In this document: positions 1 to 13,535 of the stretch, one piece after another
Position numbering within the stretch: position 1 is the stretch's first letter
Layout: each line of letters opens with the position of its first letter
NCBI RefSeq assembly: GCF_963921235.1
Contig: NC_086109.1
Span: forward strand, 20,276,001 to 20,340,000
Reading direction: 5' to 3'
Length of the DNA: 64,000 nucleotides
Source: Mobula hypostoma
Lineage: Eukaryota
The notes under the pieces: generated by a model
Database searches by the model: none
What the model was told of the DNA's origin: nothing
The model's input: only the letters and a program-made list of their open reading frames with translations
Made by a program: the position numbers and the translations under genes

Positions 1-80
1 TGTAGTTGCTGTTGTTGTTGTTGCAAGAGTTGTGGTAGGTTCTGGAGTTGTAGTTGGTTTTTTTTTTGACGAATTTTGAC
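1..80 (-). CDS. Internal coding exon of a mucin-like (Thr/Pro-rich) protein; runs off the left edge
   Basis: Minus strand reads ctattcctgttgcag|GT CAA AAT TCG TCA AAA AAA AAA CCA ACT ACA..., a good acceptor. The phase-1 frame is open to the edge: xQNSSKKKPTTTPEPTTTLATTTTATT, with an N-x-S sequon. Gene identity is not determinable. Confidence 0.6.
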
Positions 81-1219
81 CTGCAACAGGAATAGATTTT
101 GTAAGTCTATGAACTGTTTGCTATTGGCCATCTTTCACATTTGACACAACATGCATTGGAATTTATTGGATGTGGTATTGAACCGATATTGGTAATGTAG
201 TGCATCTTATCCTAATTGTAAAGGTGAGGAATTATCTGGGGAGGTTTGTGGTCTGGGCCAATTGAAAATGTCAGGTGTGGGGTGCAGTTTGAGGGGGGGA
301 TGAGAATGATGGTTCTGAAGGAGAGGAGGTGATGCGCAGGATCTATATTGAGGTATGAGGATATAACTTATAAAATGTGGTTCTTCTGGGTATGCAAATA
401 ACAGGACAACATTCCAAAAGGAGTCAAGAACAGGAAATGGCATCATGGAAATCATGTTGGATGGTAGAGTGCTTCACAAATGGAATTGCCCAGTCGAGTG
501 TTAGAGTGAAATGCAATTGTGTTTCCTTCCAAAAAAAAGCAACAGCAGTATGCATCTGTACTTCAAGGCCGGACATTTTATTAAAAGTAAATGGCCATGA
601 TTGCAGCTGAAGTTATGTGCTTTGCCTAATGATGCCGCCATGATGTGCCGCACTCAAGGCACACCCATATCATCATGTCATTCTTTTTCCTTAATGCTGA
701 GTTTCACAAAACACGGACTGAAAGCAAATACCCATTGGTTGTTTCGTTTAAGCCCGTTAACTGGTTGGCGTCAGGGTGTTGCAAGCTGTTTCACTCCCTG
801 TAAGTACAATAGACAAAAGGTTAACCAAATGAAAGGTGGGCCTCTAAAACTTCCACCAAGAGCTCATCATCTCTTAGCTCTATGTTCTTCTTGACAGTCA
901 ACCGGACTCCAGCCAGCATTTACCTGAACACCAAACTCTACTGTCTGTCCCCAATGCATTCATGGAACTGTATCATTCTAAATTCTCTTAACCACACAAC
1001 CGTTTAAACTGAGAACAAGTTATTTATTTATTGAAGTGAAAATATTAGTTTCCTCTTTCCAAACCCCAAGAATAATCATGAACACCTCAGGATATTTATC
1101 AGACTACCTCCAGGTCTGCTGAAATATGACTCCCATCCACATTCCAATACCAATAATCAATGTGTCTAATGTTTTTTCTCTGAAGGAGTTAATTGACACT
1201 TAGGTAGTTCAAAACATTA

Positions 1220-1912
1220 AGGTTGTCAGTGATCCCTCCCATCTGTCCAATAATCTCTTTGACCCTGTACCATCAGGCAGGAGGTACTGTAGCATTAGGA
1301 CAAGAACTGTTAGGGTGGGAAATAACTTCTTCCACCCGACCGTAAGAATACTGAAATCCCTGCCACCACCTAGCTCTCATCATGTATGAAGCAGCTGTAT
1401 TGTTAAACTGTTTACTTTTTAATTTGTATCATATATATCAATAGTCAATAGTCCATTTAATATGAAAGAATGTATACAATATAGAGCCTGAAGCTCTTGT
1501 TCTTCGCAGACATCCGCAAAAACATAAGAGCGCCCCAAAGAATGAGTGACAGTAAAAACGTTAGAACTCCAAAACCCCCTACTCCCACCTCCCACACTTA
1601 AGCAACAGCAAAGCAACAACCCTCCCCCCCACGACTTATTTCAGCAAAAAAGCATTTGCACCCTCCACCCACCAAGCAAGCACTAGCAAGGCCCCCAAGA
1701 AAGACCATGATCTGCATTACAACATATCACAGTCCCTCTCTCTCTCACTAAGTTTTTTTTATTTGTTCACTTATTTGTGACAATATTACTTTATGTGTTA
1801 TGTGTGTGAGTTACAGTATATGGACTGTGTTGTGCACCTTGGACCAGAGGAAAATTGTCTTGTTTGGTAGTATACATATGTGTGGTTGAATGACAATAAA
1901 CTTGAACTTCAA
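1220..1912 (+). mobile_element. Degenerate Rex1/Babar-like LINE 3' fragment with a nested opposite-strand fragment (~1455-1750)
   Basis: PSGRRYCSIRTRT-like terminal coding remnant and an aataaacttgaact tail, similar to many other fragments in the window. Confidence 0.5.
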
Positions 1913-2269
1913 CTAAGTCCTGTCAGATGCCTTGGGTTGTTTCCTCTTTTGATGCCAATATATAAATGGAAACTATTTTTATCCCTCAAGACTGTCAAAT
2001 AAGCTTCAACCTTGTAATGATATTTTGAAATGTTGACATTCCAGGAATTAAAAGGATAAAAAGATTACATATGAGTCACAGTAAAAGGATATGTTTATCC
2101 TCGCAGACCTCAAAAAGATGCTGGATCAAAGCAGAGCTAAAGTTAGACAGTAAAGAGTGCGAGGTGATGAAGAGGACTGCAATGTGCTGTTGATTTATTG
2201 TCCCTAACCAAAACCATTTGATCCTTCTCAATTAGATTCCAAATTATTAGTTCTGGTTATTCTGGTTAT

Positions 2270-2590
2270 CAGACCTCTGAGTCAGAAGGTTTCTCAGCTC
2301 AAGTGTTTCTCTAGAGACTTCAGCACAAAAAGATGGTGTGACTATGTAATGCAGTACTGAGAAAATGCCTTGTTAGAAAGGCCTCTGTGATGGTCTCTTT
2401 CAGATCCTATTAAAATGAGGCTATATACACTGTTGCCATGGTGGGCAGAAAAGATCACATGGCAACAGTTCAAATTTTAGTTTCAAGAAGATTGCCAGAA
2501 ATACCCATCATTTCGACTAGCACTAAGTTCTCAATTAATATACTAGCTATATCATCTGGTCATTTTGGCAATTAGCTATTGGTTTATTAC
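2270..2590 (+). mobile_element. Old Deu-domain (SacSINE1/AmnSINE-like) SINE remnant
   Basis: Degenerate ctctgagtcagaaggtt...tgcagtactga...aaaagatcacatggca...tctggtcatt motifs, related to 57608-57870. Confidence 0.45.
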
Positions 2591-2597
2591 TGCATCA

Positions 2598-2910
2598 TGT
2601 GGGCACGTGGCCAAGTGGTTAAGGCATTGGGCTAGCGACCTGAAGGTCGTGAGTTCGAGACCCAGCCGAGGGAACGTGTTGTGTCCTTGAGCAAGGCACT
2701 TAATCACACATTGCTCTGCGACGACACTGGTGCCAAGCTGTATGGGTCCTAATGCCCTTCCCTTAGACAACATTGGTGTCGTGGAGAGGGGAGACTTGCA
2801 GCATGGGCAACTGCTGGTCTTCCATACAACCTTGCCCAGGTCTGCGCCCTGGAGAGTGAAGACTTTCCAGGTGCAGATCCATGGTCTCGCAAGACTAACG
2901 GATGCCTTTA
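2598..2910 (+). mobile_element. tRNA-derived SINE, copy 1 of 3
   Basis: Pol III A box TGGCCAAGTGG, B box GTTCGAGAC and a CORE/Meta-like gtgtccttgagcaaggcacttaa motif. Near-identical copies at 5010-5332 and 38910-39218. Confidence 0.85.
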
Positions 2911-3686
2911 CATGTACTGGGATACAGTGAAAATTTAGTTCTGCCTGTCATTTCTTAGAGATAATTTCAAAAGATAAGCAGTTCAAGATAATACAAAGGG
3001 AAACACAATAATAAAATGGAGAAAGTAGTGTTGGGGTTGCAGTTACAGTTGAAGTGCAGACAGATAATGTACAGGGGCCATGACAAGGTAAATTGAGAGA
3101 TCAAGAGCTCACCATTCTCATATACTCTACCAGCCAGACCGCACCCACCCCAGGCCTCCTCTCTTCCCCAGTCCCACTGGGGAGAAGATACAACAATCTG
3201 AAAGCACATACCAGCAGGCTCAAGGACAGAGTCTATCTCAATATCATCAGGCTCTGGTACAATAAGTTGGACTCTTGACCTCACAAATGACCTTTTATGA
3301 TCTTGCACTTTGTCATTCACCTGCACTACATTTCTTGGTAGCTTTTACACTTTATTCCGAATCATTATTGTTTTACGTTATTCTAGCTCAATGCACTGTG
3401 TAGTGAAAAGATATGCATGAATAGTGTGTTTCTCAGTGCATGCGGCAATCATAAACCAATACCAATACCATTCAAGAGTCTTAGATGCTGTCCCAGAGTC
3501 TGGTAGTGCATGATTTCAAGATTTTGTATCTTCTGCCTAATGGAAGGGAGGGGAGGAGAGAATGACCAAGGTGGAAGGAATCTTTAATTATTTTTCTAAA
3601 TTATATATTCCTGGGACATAGGTATCGCCGACCAGGCCAGTAGCAAGCTTATTCACAGGACTTAAGTCATACTTAGGTCACTATGG

Positions 3687-3893
3687 AAACACATTCAAAA
3701 TGCTGGAGGAGCTCAGCAGGTCAGGTTGAGGAATAAACAGTTGATGTTTTGAGCCGAGCCCCTTCATCAGAACTGGAGTTAGCCCAAAACATCGATTCTT
3801 TGTTCTTCCCCATAGATGCTGCCTGACCTGATGAGTTCCTCCAGTATGTGGGGTTTTTGCTCCGAACCTCTAGCATCCGTAGAATCTATTGTG
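3687..3893. mobile_element. Penelope-derived mini-palindrome (two inverted terminal segments) with a degenerate hammerhead
   Basis: caaaatgctgggagagctcagcaggtcagg ... cctgacctgatgagttcctccagtat inverted arms. The minus strand carries CTGATGA-AGGGG..AAAACATC. Confidence 0.7.
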
Positions 3894-5009
3894 CTTAGGC
3901 CACTACAGGCAAGGGTAGTACATTCTCTTCTCTGAGACATCCTAATGAACCAAATGCTTTTGATTCCAGATTTATTCAATTACTTCAATTTAAATTATAA
4001 CCACGGAAGGAGAAACAATTAAAGCATTGATAGTTTCTCCCTCCACAGACGCTGATTGACCTACTGAGTGTTTTCAGCACCTTCTTTTCCTGTATCCCCG
4101 CCAGTAGCCCCTCACAGATCAGTACCCCGTAACCCAGCTCCCTGGATATTCTGGAAGGCTGGCAATTTGAAACAAGTGCAACATCTGAGGATTGTGCACT
4201 GGAATCAGGAAATTAGGCTTGGAGGCAGGCTGCATGAGAATCAGACTAATCCGCCCATCAACCGTTCTGTTGTATAGGCCTTCTGTTCTGCAGCTCACAA
4301 TAGATGTGGCTGGCTGGAATCATGAGGCCAAGTAAGTACAGAAGGAAAGAGAAAGGAAGATACATCATGAAAGATTGCCAGCAATTCATAAAAGTGGAGA
4401 GTATACTGACTGGTTGTATCACGGTCTTCTATGGAAACACCAATGCCCAAGCACAGAAAAGTGGATACAGCCCAGTCCATCATAGGAAAAGGCTTCCACA
4501 CCATTGACCATATCTACAAGGAACACTGTCACAAGAAAGCAGCATTTTGATGGTGTGTTTTCTGCCCAATTGCGCGATCTGGTGCTGTGCTGTCTTTAAG
4601 GGAGTTCGGAGAGGTTTCAAGCGGAGTGTGTGGCCTGGAGACAGGCGTGAGCCCGTGATCGATTTCATTTCTTGCCGATCTTGCCGATGAAAGCACCGAG
4701 CAAGATTGAAGTCAATGAGGCCAAGAGCGGAAGGTGAGTGGGCGTTCAGTGCCATCTGCCAGCATTTGAGTGGTCCCTCTCTCCTTCTTGCTAGCTACTG
4801 CAACAGGATAGTGCTAGAGTCTTGGGTGTTGTACAAGGTTTAATTGACACGCCTCGTGGATTGGACTCTGCAGTTCACATTATATGTGTTTCTGGTTTCT
4901 TGTTCCTTTTTTTTATTGTCATTTTGTGCATTTTTGATCTGGGCAGACAGTCTCTGCGGTCTGCCGTCAATAGATGGCACAGTGAAGTGAAGTGAACTAA
5001 TCTAAACAT

Positions 5010-5332
5010 GGTAAAATAAAGGCATCTGTTAGTCTTGGGAGACCATGGATCTGCGCCTGGAAATTCTTCACTCTCCAGGGCGCAGGCCTGGGCAAGGTTG
5101 TATGGAAGACCGCCAGTTGCCCATGCTGCAAGTCTCCCCTCTCCACGACACCAATGTTGTCTAAGGGAAGGGCATTAGGACCCATACAGCTTGGCACCAG
5201 TGTCGTCGCAGAGCAATATGTGGTTACGTGCCTTGCTCAAGGACACACAACACGTTCCCTCGGCTGGGGCTCGAACTCACGACCTCCAGGTCGCTAGTCC
5301 AATGCCTTAACCACATGGCCACGTGCCCACAC
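5010..5332 (-). mobile_element. tRNA-derived SINE, copy 2
   Basis: Reverse complement of 2598-2910, flanked by TSD-like aatctaaacat (4999-5009) and aatctaagcat (5333-5343). Confidence 0.85.
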
Positions 5333-6621
5333 AATCTAAGCATACCTAGACTGTTTCGATGAATGTGGTTTTATGTTTTATAGTCTGTGTTTTTCACTTG
5401 AATTTTGTGGTTTGCACAATTTGTTCATTTTTCCAGGCATTGTGTGTTTGATATTTTCTTTGAACCGGTTCCATGGTGTTTCTTTGTTTTGTAGCTGTCT
5501 GTGAGGAAGACAAATCTCAGGGTTGTATACTGCTTACATACTTCGATAATAAATATACTTTGAATCTTTACCTTCTGTCAAAAATGTGGGCACATTTTCA
5601 GGATTTTTAAGAAAATTGTTGAAATGTATTAATAGGTATGGATGAAGGCAAGTAAATTTTTAAACCAATAATTATGAATATTATCACTGCTGGTACTTTT
5701 CCAGTTGTGCGTATTTTTATAACTGCTTTTATCAAATCCATTGAAACTTCTGGCCTTCAATTATAATCATTATTATTATTTTTTTCTACTTGCACAGTTT
5801 GCCTTCTTTTACACTTTGTTTGTCAGTCTTTGTATGCACTTCTATATGGATTTTTTTTGTATTTCTTTGTCCTACTGTGAATGCTTGCAGGAAAATGAAA
5901 CTCAGCATAGTGTATAGTGACATACATGTTCTTTGATAATAAATTTACTTTGTACTTTGAACTTTGAAGATATCCAACTGATTCTGAGCTCGCAATCTTC
6001 CTGCACGGCCCCTTTTCTGTAACAGTAGCACTATATTTTGCTATCTGTCATTGCTTTTCCCTTCTGCTACCTCAATGTACTGATGATCGAAATGATCTGT
6101 ACGGATGCCCAGGTTTTTCACTGTACCTCTGTGTAAATTCAGATTGAGATTCATTCATTTATCATGTCTACACTGAAATAAACAGTAAAGTTCTGCTAAA
6201 CAATTCCAGCATTGTCTGTTTCATTTCCATACTGCACTCCGTTTAAGGTTTTCTAGCCAATACTGCAGTCACAGCTTTCAGTTTTAGCTTACATTCATGT
6301 TGTGCTTCCTTATTACATTTCTTTGGAAAACAAAACCTACGCACAACATTGAAGAACATCCCACTCCAAACTTTACCATTTTCCCAATTTATTCCATCAT
6401 GTGACTTGATACCACCACCATCAACACCACCACCACCAGCCTGTTTCTTCCACACCTTACCACAATACCTTGCCACACAGCACAAGGAACTGAAGTCCAC
6501 TGCACACTAGGTACAGGATCAAAGCAAGAGGCAATATTCCCATTTTGACCCAGAATCACTGAGTGTCATTGCCAAAACCCTCCTGTAAGTTTCAGCCCTC
6601 ACATTCTGGGTGGTTTTGGTG

Positions 6622-7110
6622 AATAGAATTGACTTTATTTCTTACATCCTTCACATACATGAGGAATAAAAATCTTTACGTTACGTCTCCGTCTAAATGT
6701 GCCATGTACAATCATAGTAATTTATAATAATTTATAATAAATAATAACAGTCAATGTAACATAGAATATACTCAAATCAGTGTGAGTTAATCAGTCTGAC
6801 GGCCTGGTGGAAGAAGCTGTCCTGGAGCCTGTTGGTCTTGGCTTTTTTGCTGTGGTACTTCTTCCCAGATGGTAGTAGCTGGAATGATCCCCAATGATCC
6901 TGTGGGCCCTTTTTACACACCTGTCTTTGTAAATGTCCTGAATCATGGGAAGTTCTCAACTACAGAAGAGCTGGGCTGTCCGCACCACTCTCTGCAGAGT
7001 CCTGCGATTAAGGGAGGTACAGTTCCCGTACCAGGCAGTGATGCAGCCAGTCAGGATGCTCTCAATTGTGGCCCTGTAGAAAGTTCTTAGGATTTGGGGG
7101 CCCATACCAA
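6622..7110 (-). mobile_element. Rex1/Babar-like LINE 3' fragment
   Basis: Minus ORFs contain FYRATIESILTGCITAWYGN and LLPSGKKYHSKKAKTNRLQDSFF, typical of the post-RT C-terminus. Confidence 0.75.
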
Positions 7111-7949
7111 ATTTGAAAGGTTCAAAGGTCCAACTTAATGTCAGAGAAATGTGTACAATATACATCCTGAAGTGCTTTTTCTTCGCAACCATCAACAAAA
7201 ACAGAGAAGTGCCCCAAAGAATGAATGACAGATAAACGCAAGAACCCCAAAGTACCCCCCCCTCCGCCACGGCTCCCCTCCCTCCTGCACATAAGCGGCA
7301 GCGAACAACGATCCCCCCTGCCCCCACTGGCAAAAGCAATTCCTCAACCGTCTGAAGTGAAACAATTGATACCAAAATTCTGACAAATTTGCAAGGCTTA
7401 CAGCGAGTTTGAGGGTGTATTATTACTGTTAAAACAGACTAAACAACTCATCCAGCAAGGGAGACATTTGTAATCAGTTAGGTATCTCTTCTCACAATTA
7501 ATTGAGCAATTTCCATATTAATATTGACAGACACCATCATCATCTTGGGGGCATGAACTGGGTCAACAGAAGGTACCTTGGTTTGTATTTAAAGTTTCCG
7601 TACCTGCACAGTTGCAGAGGTTCCTGCGCTGCGAGCTTTTGATTCCGCTTTAAAAGAAGGAAAATGATTCCACATACCGTACATATATTGTGCAAATTTG
7701 CATCTTAATTATGGTTGTCCTCATCACACTGGGTTATTTTGAAAAGTCGTATTGTGTAAGAGGAAATCGACTGTTACACAGTCTGATTCAGGATGTTAGT
7801 GGAACTGCACTGTGGAAGGGTTTATGAATATGTTACCAAAACTAGAAAGGCTAAAGAGGCTGGGGTGTTTTCTCCCCCAAGAGTACAGGAGGCTTTAAAA
7901 GCACCCTGCAGTGAGGGTAGAAGGTTGAGGGGAGATTTGATAGAGAATC

Positions 7950-10765
7950 TGAATCATAAGCAGGTTTAGTATCACCGGCAATATGTTGTAGAATTTTCTT
8001 TTTAAGATTATGAGAGCACTCAGTCCTCTTTTATTGTCATTTAGAAATGCATACATGCATTAAGAAATGATACAATGTTTCTCCAGAGTGATCTCACAGA
8101 AAAACAGGACAAACCAAAGACTAACACTGACAGAATCACATTAATTATAACATATAGTTACAGCAGTGCAAAGCAATACCATAATTTGATAAAGAACAGA
8201 CCATGGGCTCGGTAAAAAAAGTCTCAAAATCCCCGAGTCGATCGACTCCAGATTCCCCGATAACAGGCGGCAAAAGGGAGAAATTCCCTGCCAAAAACCG
8301 CCAGGCACCGTCAACTTGCCGATGCCTTGGAAGCATCCGACCACAGCTGACACTGAATCCGTCAGTCCGAAAACTTCGAGCCTCCGACCAGCCCCTCCGA
8401 TACAGCCTCCCGAGCGCCATCCCCTGCCGAGCACCTTCAACCCCGCCCTGGCCGCTGAATGAAGCAAAGACGAGGATTCGGGGCCTTCTGCTCTGGAGAT
8501 TCCAGTTACCACACAGTAGCAGCGGCAGCGAAGCGGGCATTTCAGAAGTTTCTCCAGATGTTCCTCCGTTCTCTCACGTCTGTCTCCATCAAATCAGAAT
8601 TGTGCACGGTCCCCTACTTGACAGATAACAGATATCATTCACCAGAGAGGCCACGCCTGCAATTTGTTAACTTTACAACTGTAGTACAATGAAATACAGA
8701 GAAAAAATACTGCATTAAGTATATCTATATCTGTCTATTAAATAGTTAAGTTAAAATAACTAGTGCATTAAAAAAACAGAAGTATAAAGTAAAAGTAGTG
8801 AGGTAGAAATTGGGTGACAGAGAGGAAGAAGCTGTTCCTGAATTGCTAAGTATGTGTCTTTAGGCTTCTGTACCTCTCTCCTGACAGTAACAATGAGAAG
8901 CGGGTGGTGGCGGGGATTCTTAATGCTGAACACTGCCTTCCTAAGGTATCACTCCTTGAAGATGTCTTGGATACCACGGAGGTGACTAATTTTACAAGTT
9001 TCTGCCACTTCCCTGGATCCTGTGCAGTGGCCTTCCCCACCCCATACCAGGCAGTGATGCAGCCAGTCAGAATGCTCTCCATGGTACATTTGTAGAAGCT
9101 TTCGAGAGCTGTAGTTGACAAACCAAATCTCCTCAAATTCCTAATGAAATATAGTCACTGACTTGCCTACTTTGTAGCTGCATCAATATGTTGCATCCAG
9201 GTTAGGTCCTCAGAGACATTGACACCCGGGAACTTGAAAATACTCACTCTCTCCACTTCTGATCCCTCTATGAGGATTGGTTTGGGTTCCCTCGTCTTAC
9301 CCTTTCTGAAGTCCACAATCAGCTCTTTGGTCTTGCTGACAATGAGTGCAAAGTTTTTGCTGTGACAACACTCAACTAACATAGAAACATAGAAAATAGG
9401 TGCAGGAGTAGGCCATTCAGCCCTTCGAGCCTGCACCACCATTCAGTATGATCATGGCTGATCATCCAACTCAGAACCCTATACCTGCCTTCTCTCCGTA
9501 CCGCCTGATCCCCGTAGCCACAAGGGCCGCATCTAACTCCCTCTTAAATATAGCCAATAAACTGGCCTCAACTGTTTCCTGTGGCAGACAATTCCACAGA
9601 TTCACCACTCTCTGTGTGAAGAAGTTTTTCCTAATCTCGGTCCTAAAAGGCTTCCCCTTTATCCTCAAACTGTGACCCCTCGTTCTGGACTTCCCCAACA
9701 TCGGGAACAATCTTCCTGCATCTAGCCTGTCCAATCCCTTTAGGATTTTATATGTTTCAATAAGATCCCCCCTCAATCTTCTAAATTCCAACGAGTACAA
9801 GCCCAGTTCATCCAGTTTTTCTTCATATGAAAGTCCTGCCATCCCAGGAATCAATCTGGTGAACCTTCTTTGTACTCCCTCTATGGCAAGGATGTCTTTG
9901 CTCAGATTAGGGGACCAAAACTGCACACAATACTCCAGGTGTGGTCTCACCAAGGCCTTGTACAACTGCAGTAGTACCTCCCTGCTCCTGTACTCGAATC
10001 CTCTCGCTATAAATGCCAGCATACCATTCGCCTTTTTCACCGCCTGCTGTACCTGCATGCCCACTTTCAATGACTGGTGTATAATGACACCCAGGTCTCG
10101 TTGCACCTCCCCTTTTCCTAATCGGCCACCATTCAATTAATAATCTGTTTTCCTGTTTTTGCCACCAAAGTGGATAACTTCACATTTATCCACATTAAAT
10201 TGCATCTGCCATGAATTTGCCCACTCACCCAACCTATCCAAGTCACCCTGCATCCTCTTAGCATCCTTCTCACAGCTAACACTGCTGCCCAGCTTCGTGT
10301 CATCCGCAAACTTGGAGATGCTGCATTTAATTCCCTCATCCAAGTCATTAATATATATTGTAAACAACTGGGGTCCCAGCACTGAGCCTTGCGGTACCCC
10401 ACTCGTCACTGCCTGCCATTCTGAAAAGGTCCCGTTTATTCCCACTCTTTGCTTCCTGTCTGCTAACCAATTCTCTATCCACATCAATACCTTACCCCCA
10501 ATACCGTGTGCTTTAAGTTTGCACACTAATCTCGCAGGTATATCTCGCTCCTGTACACCCATTCATCACCATCTGGAACTCTGCCAATAGTGGTTATATT
10601 ATCAGAAAATTTATAGATGGCATTTGAGCTATGGCAAGCCACACAGTCATGGGTGTAGAGAGAGTAGAGGAGCGGGGAAGCACACATCTCTGTGAGGCAC
10701 CAATGTTGATTGTCAGAGAGGTGGAGACGTTATTTCCAATCCTCACAGATTGTGGTCTTTGGGTT
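7950..10765 (-). mobile_element. Rex1/Babar-like LINE RT/3' fragment, interrupted by a young CR1 (9379-10533) and another insertion (~8005-8660)
   Basis: QRPQSVRIGNNVSTSLTINIGASQ, SKTKELIVDFRK and FYKCTMESILTGCITAWYG. Host sequence ctcaacta|gcaggtatatctc resumes on the far side of the CR1. Confidence 0.75.
9379..10533 (-). mobile_element. Young 5'-truncated CR1 LINE (RT C-terminal half)
   Basis: GVPQGSVLGP, FADD and LYKALVRPHLEYCVQFWSP motifs, a single in-frame TAA at 10137-10139, and a (TTCTATGT)n-type tail. Confidence 0.95.
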
Positions 10766-11554
10766 AGATATACAAAATTATGAAGGGTATAGATAGGGTA
10801 AATGCAAGCAGGCTTTTCCACTGAGGTTGGGTGGGACTCCAACTGGAGGTCATGAGCTAAGGGTGAAAAATGAGTAGCTTAAGGGAAACAATGAGGGGGA
10901 AGTTCTTCACTCAGAGGGTGGAGAAAGTGTGGTGTGAGCTGTCAGTGCAAATGACACATTCAAGCTCAATTTCAATATTAAAGAGAGGTTTGGATAGGTA
11001 TATGGATGGAGGGCTATAATCTCGGTGCAGGTCAATGGGATTAGGTAGTTTAAATGATTTGGCATGGACTGAATGGGCTGAAGGGCCTGTGGCTGTGCTG
11101 TACTTTTCTATGACTCTATGACATTGCTGCATCAAATCACAAAGGATATAGGTAATCACCGCACAGTGACAGACGGCATGGGTTTCTTTCTGGTGCTGTG
11201 GTTTCCTCCCACACTCGAAAGATGTACAATTAGAGATAGTGAGTTGTAAGCATAGTACGTTGGTGCTGTAAGCATGGTAACACTTGTAGGCTGCCCAGCA
11301 AAATTCTCGCTGATTTGATTTGACATGGGACGACACGTTTCCGCGTACATGTGACAAATAAAGTGAACCTCTTCATAATCTTTCAAGGAGTTATTTTGAA
11401 AAAGGTCATTGCCATTCTTTTGCAAGAATAGAAGTGTTTACAGGATATGGGTTGAAGTTAAACAGGGAAAGATTTAGAAAGAGAGCTGAGGGGTGGGTTT
11501 TTCACGCAGAGGGTGGTAGGTTTATGGAACGGGCATCCAGAGGAAGAGATAGAT

Positions 11555-12440
11555 GTCACTCCACTCATCAAGAAGGAAGGGAGGCAAAAGAAAGGAAATT
11601 ATATGCCGGTTAGCCTGAACTTAGTGGTTGGGAAGATGTTGGAGTCGATGCTATGGATGTGATTTTGGGGTACTTGGAGACACATGATAAAGTAGGCCAT
11701 AGTCAGCATTGTTTTTCTTAAGGGAAAATCTTGCCTGAGAAAGCTGTTGTAATTCTTTGAGGAAATGACAGGCAGGATAAACAAAGGAGAATTGGTGGAT
11801 GTTGTGTACTTGGATTTTCAGAAGGTCTTTGACAAGGTGCCGCACTCAAGGCTGCTTAACAAGGTATGTGCCCGGGGTATTACAGGACAGATACTGGCAT
11901 TGCTGGAGCAGTGGCAGCTTAGCAGGAGGCAAAGCATGGGAATAAAGAACTCCTTTTCCGCCAGCACTAGTGGTGTTCTGCAGGGATCAGTGTTGAGGCT
12001 GCTTCTTTTTACGTTGTATGTCAATGATTCGGATGATGGAGTTGTTGGCTTTGTGGCCAGGTTTGCAGACAATACGAAGATAGGTGGAGGGGCAGGTAGT
12101 GTTGAGGAAGCAGGGAGACTGCATAAGGAGTTAGATAGATGGGAGGATGGGCAAAGAAGTGGCAGATGGAATACAGTGTCGGGAAGTGTGTAGTCATCCA
12201 CTTTGATAGAAGGAATAAAAGCGTAGACGATCTTCTAAATGGGAAAAAAATTCAAAACTCCCAGGTGCAATGGGACTTGGGATTCCTTGTGCAGGATTCC
12301 CTAAAGATTTAAATTGCAGATTGAGTCAGTGGTGAAGAAGGCAAATGCAATGTTAGCATTCATTTTGAGAGGACGAGAATATAAAAGCAAGGATGTAATG
12401 CTGAGGCTTTACAAAGCACTGGTGAGGACTTATTGGAGTA
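11555..12440 (+). mobile_element. Degenerate CR1 RT fragment
   Basis: VDVVYLDFQKVFDKVPH, GVLQGSVL and FADN motifs, with stops and frameshifts. Confidence 0.85.
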
Positions 12441-13254
12441 AAGTTCAAAGTTCAAAGTAAATTTTATGATCAACATACATATATGTCACCATATACGACC
12501 CTGAGATTATCTTCTTGTGGGCATACTCAGCAAATCTATAGAATAGTAACTATAACTGGATCAAGGGAAGATCAACCAGCCAGAGTGTGGAAGACAACAA
12601 ACTGTGCAAACACAAATATGAATAAACAGTGGTAAATAACGAGAACATGAGATAATGAGACAAGGAGTCCACGAAGTGGGGTTCCTGGCCATGGGAATAC
12701 TTCAATGTTGGGGCAAGCAAAGTTGAGTGCAGCCGTTCGCTTTTATTCAAGAGCCTGTTGGTTGAGGGGAAGCGACTGTTTCCGAACTCAGTGACGCGAG
12801 TCCGGAGGTTCTTGCACCACCCTCCCCACCTGGTGGCCGCAGCGAGAAGACAGCACGGCCCGGATGGTGGGGATCCCTGAACAGAATCATCTAGAAAACA
12901 CTTGGATTGGTATATAGAAGGGTGGGACTTACATGGACATTGGGACCAGTTGGGTGGGCACCATGGTCAGCATAGATTTGGTGGGCTGAAGTGTCTTTAT
13001 CCATGCTATATTGCTCTATGATTCTCTATGACACCATGAACTCCTCCCCCCTCTACATTTCCTGTAACTCTCCTAGAGTATCTTTTTCAATTTTATCCAA
13101 CTTCCCCTAACACCTTAGATGACAACCAGTTCCACATTTCAACCACTCCTATTATCCCTAAGTCCTGCATTTGGATTAATTACCTCAGCTCTATGTATCC
13201 TTAGCTTCCGTCTGCTCCACAAGCAAACTTACCTCCCACATCTTTCTTGTAGGT

Positions 13255-13535
13255 CACGAGCCTATGGAGGTGTGCTGGCCGCTGGCTCTGCAGAACTTGC
13301 TCTCTCCTTGGCTTTACGGGGGCTGCAAAGAGAAGGGCCATCAGGACCGTCACAGGGGGGTTGCAGAGCAAGCCTCCAGATGGCCGTGGATCGGGAGGTG
13401 TGACGCCTGGACCAATGCTCCCGGGACATAAGCCAGAGCCTGACCAACCCCAGCTGAGGGTGTTTGGTGATGAAAGACCCGCAACACCCATCAGATTGCA
13501 TCACCGCTGATGCGTCCCAGCGCATCCTAGGATGT
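13255..13535 (+). mobile_element. 3' end of an R2/Hero-like (restriction-like endonuclease) LINE
   Basis: Frameshifted translation EPMEV..AGRWLCRTCSLLGFTGAAKRRAIRTVT..AEQASRWPWIGRCDAW resembles the Hero/NeSL C-terminus as recalled. Confidence 0.6.

Noticed and set aside
2598..2675. tRNA gene
   Set aside because: The tRNA-like head continues into a SINE body present in three dispersed copies.
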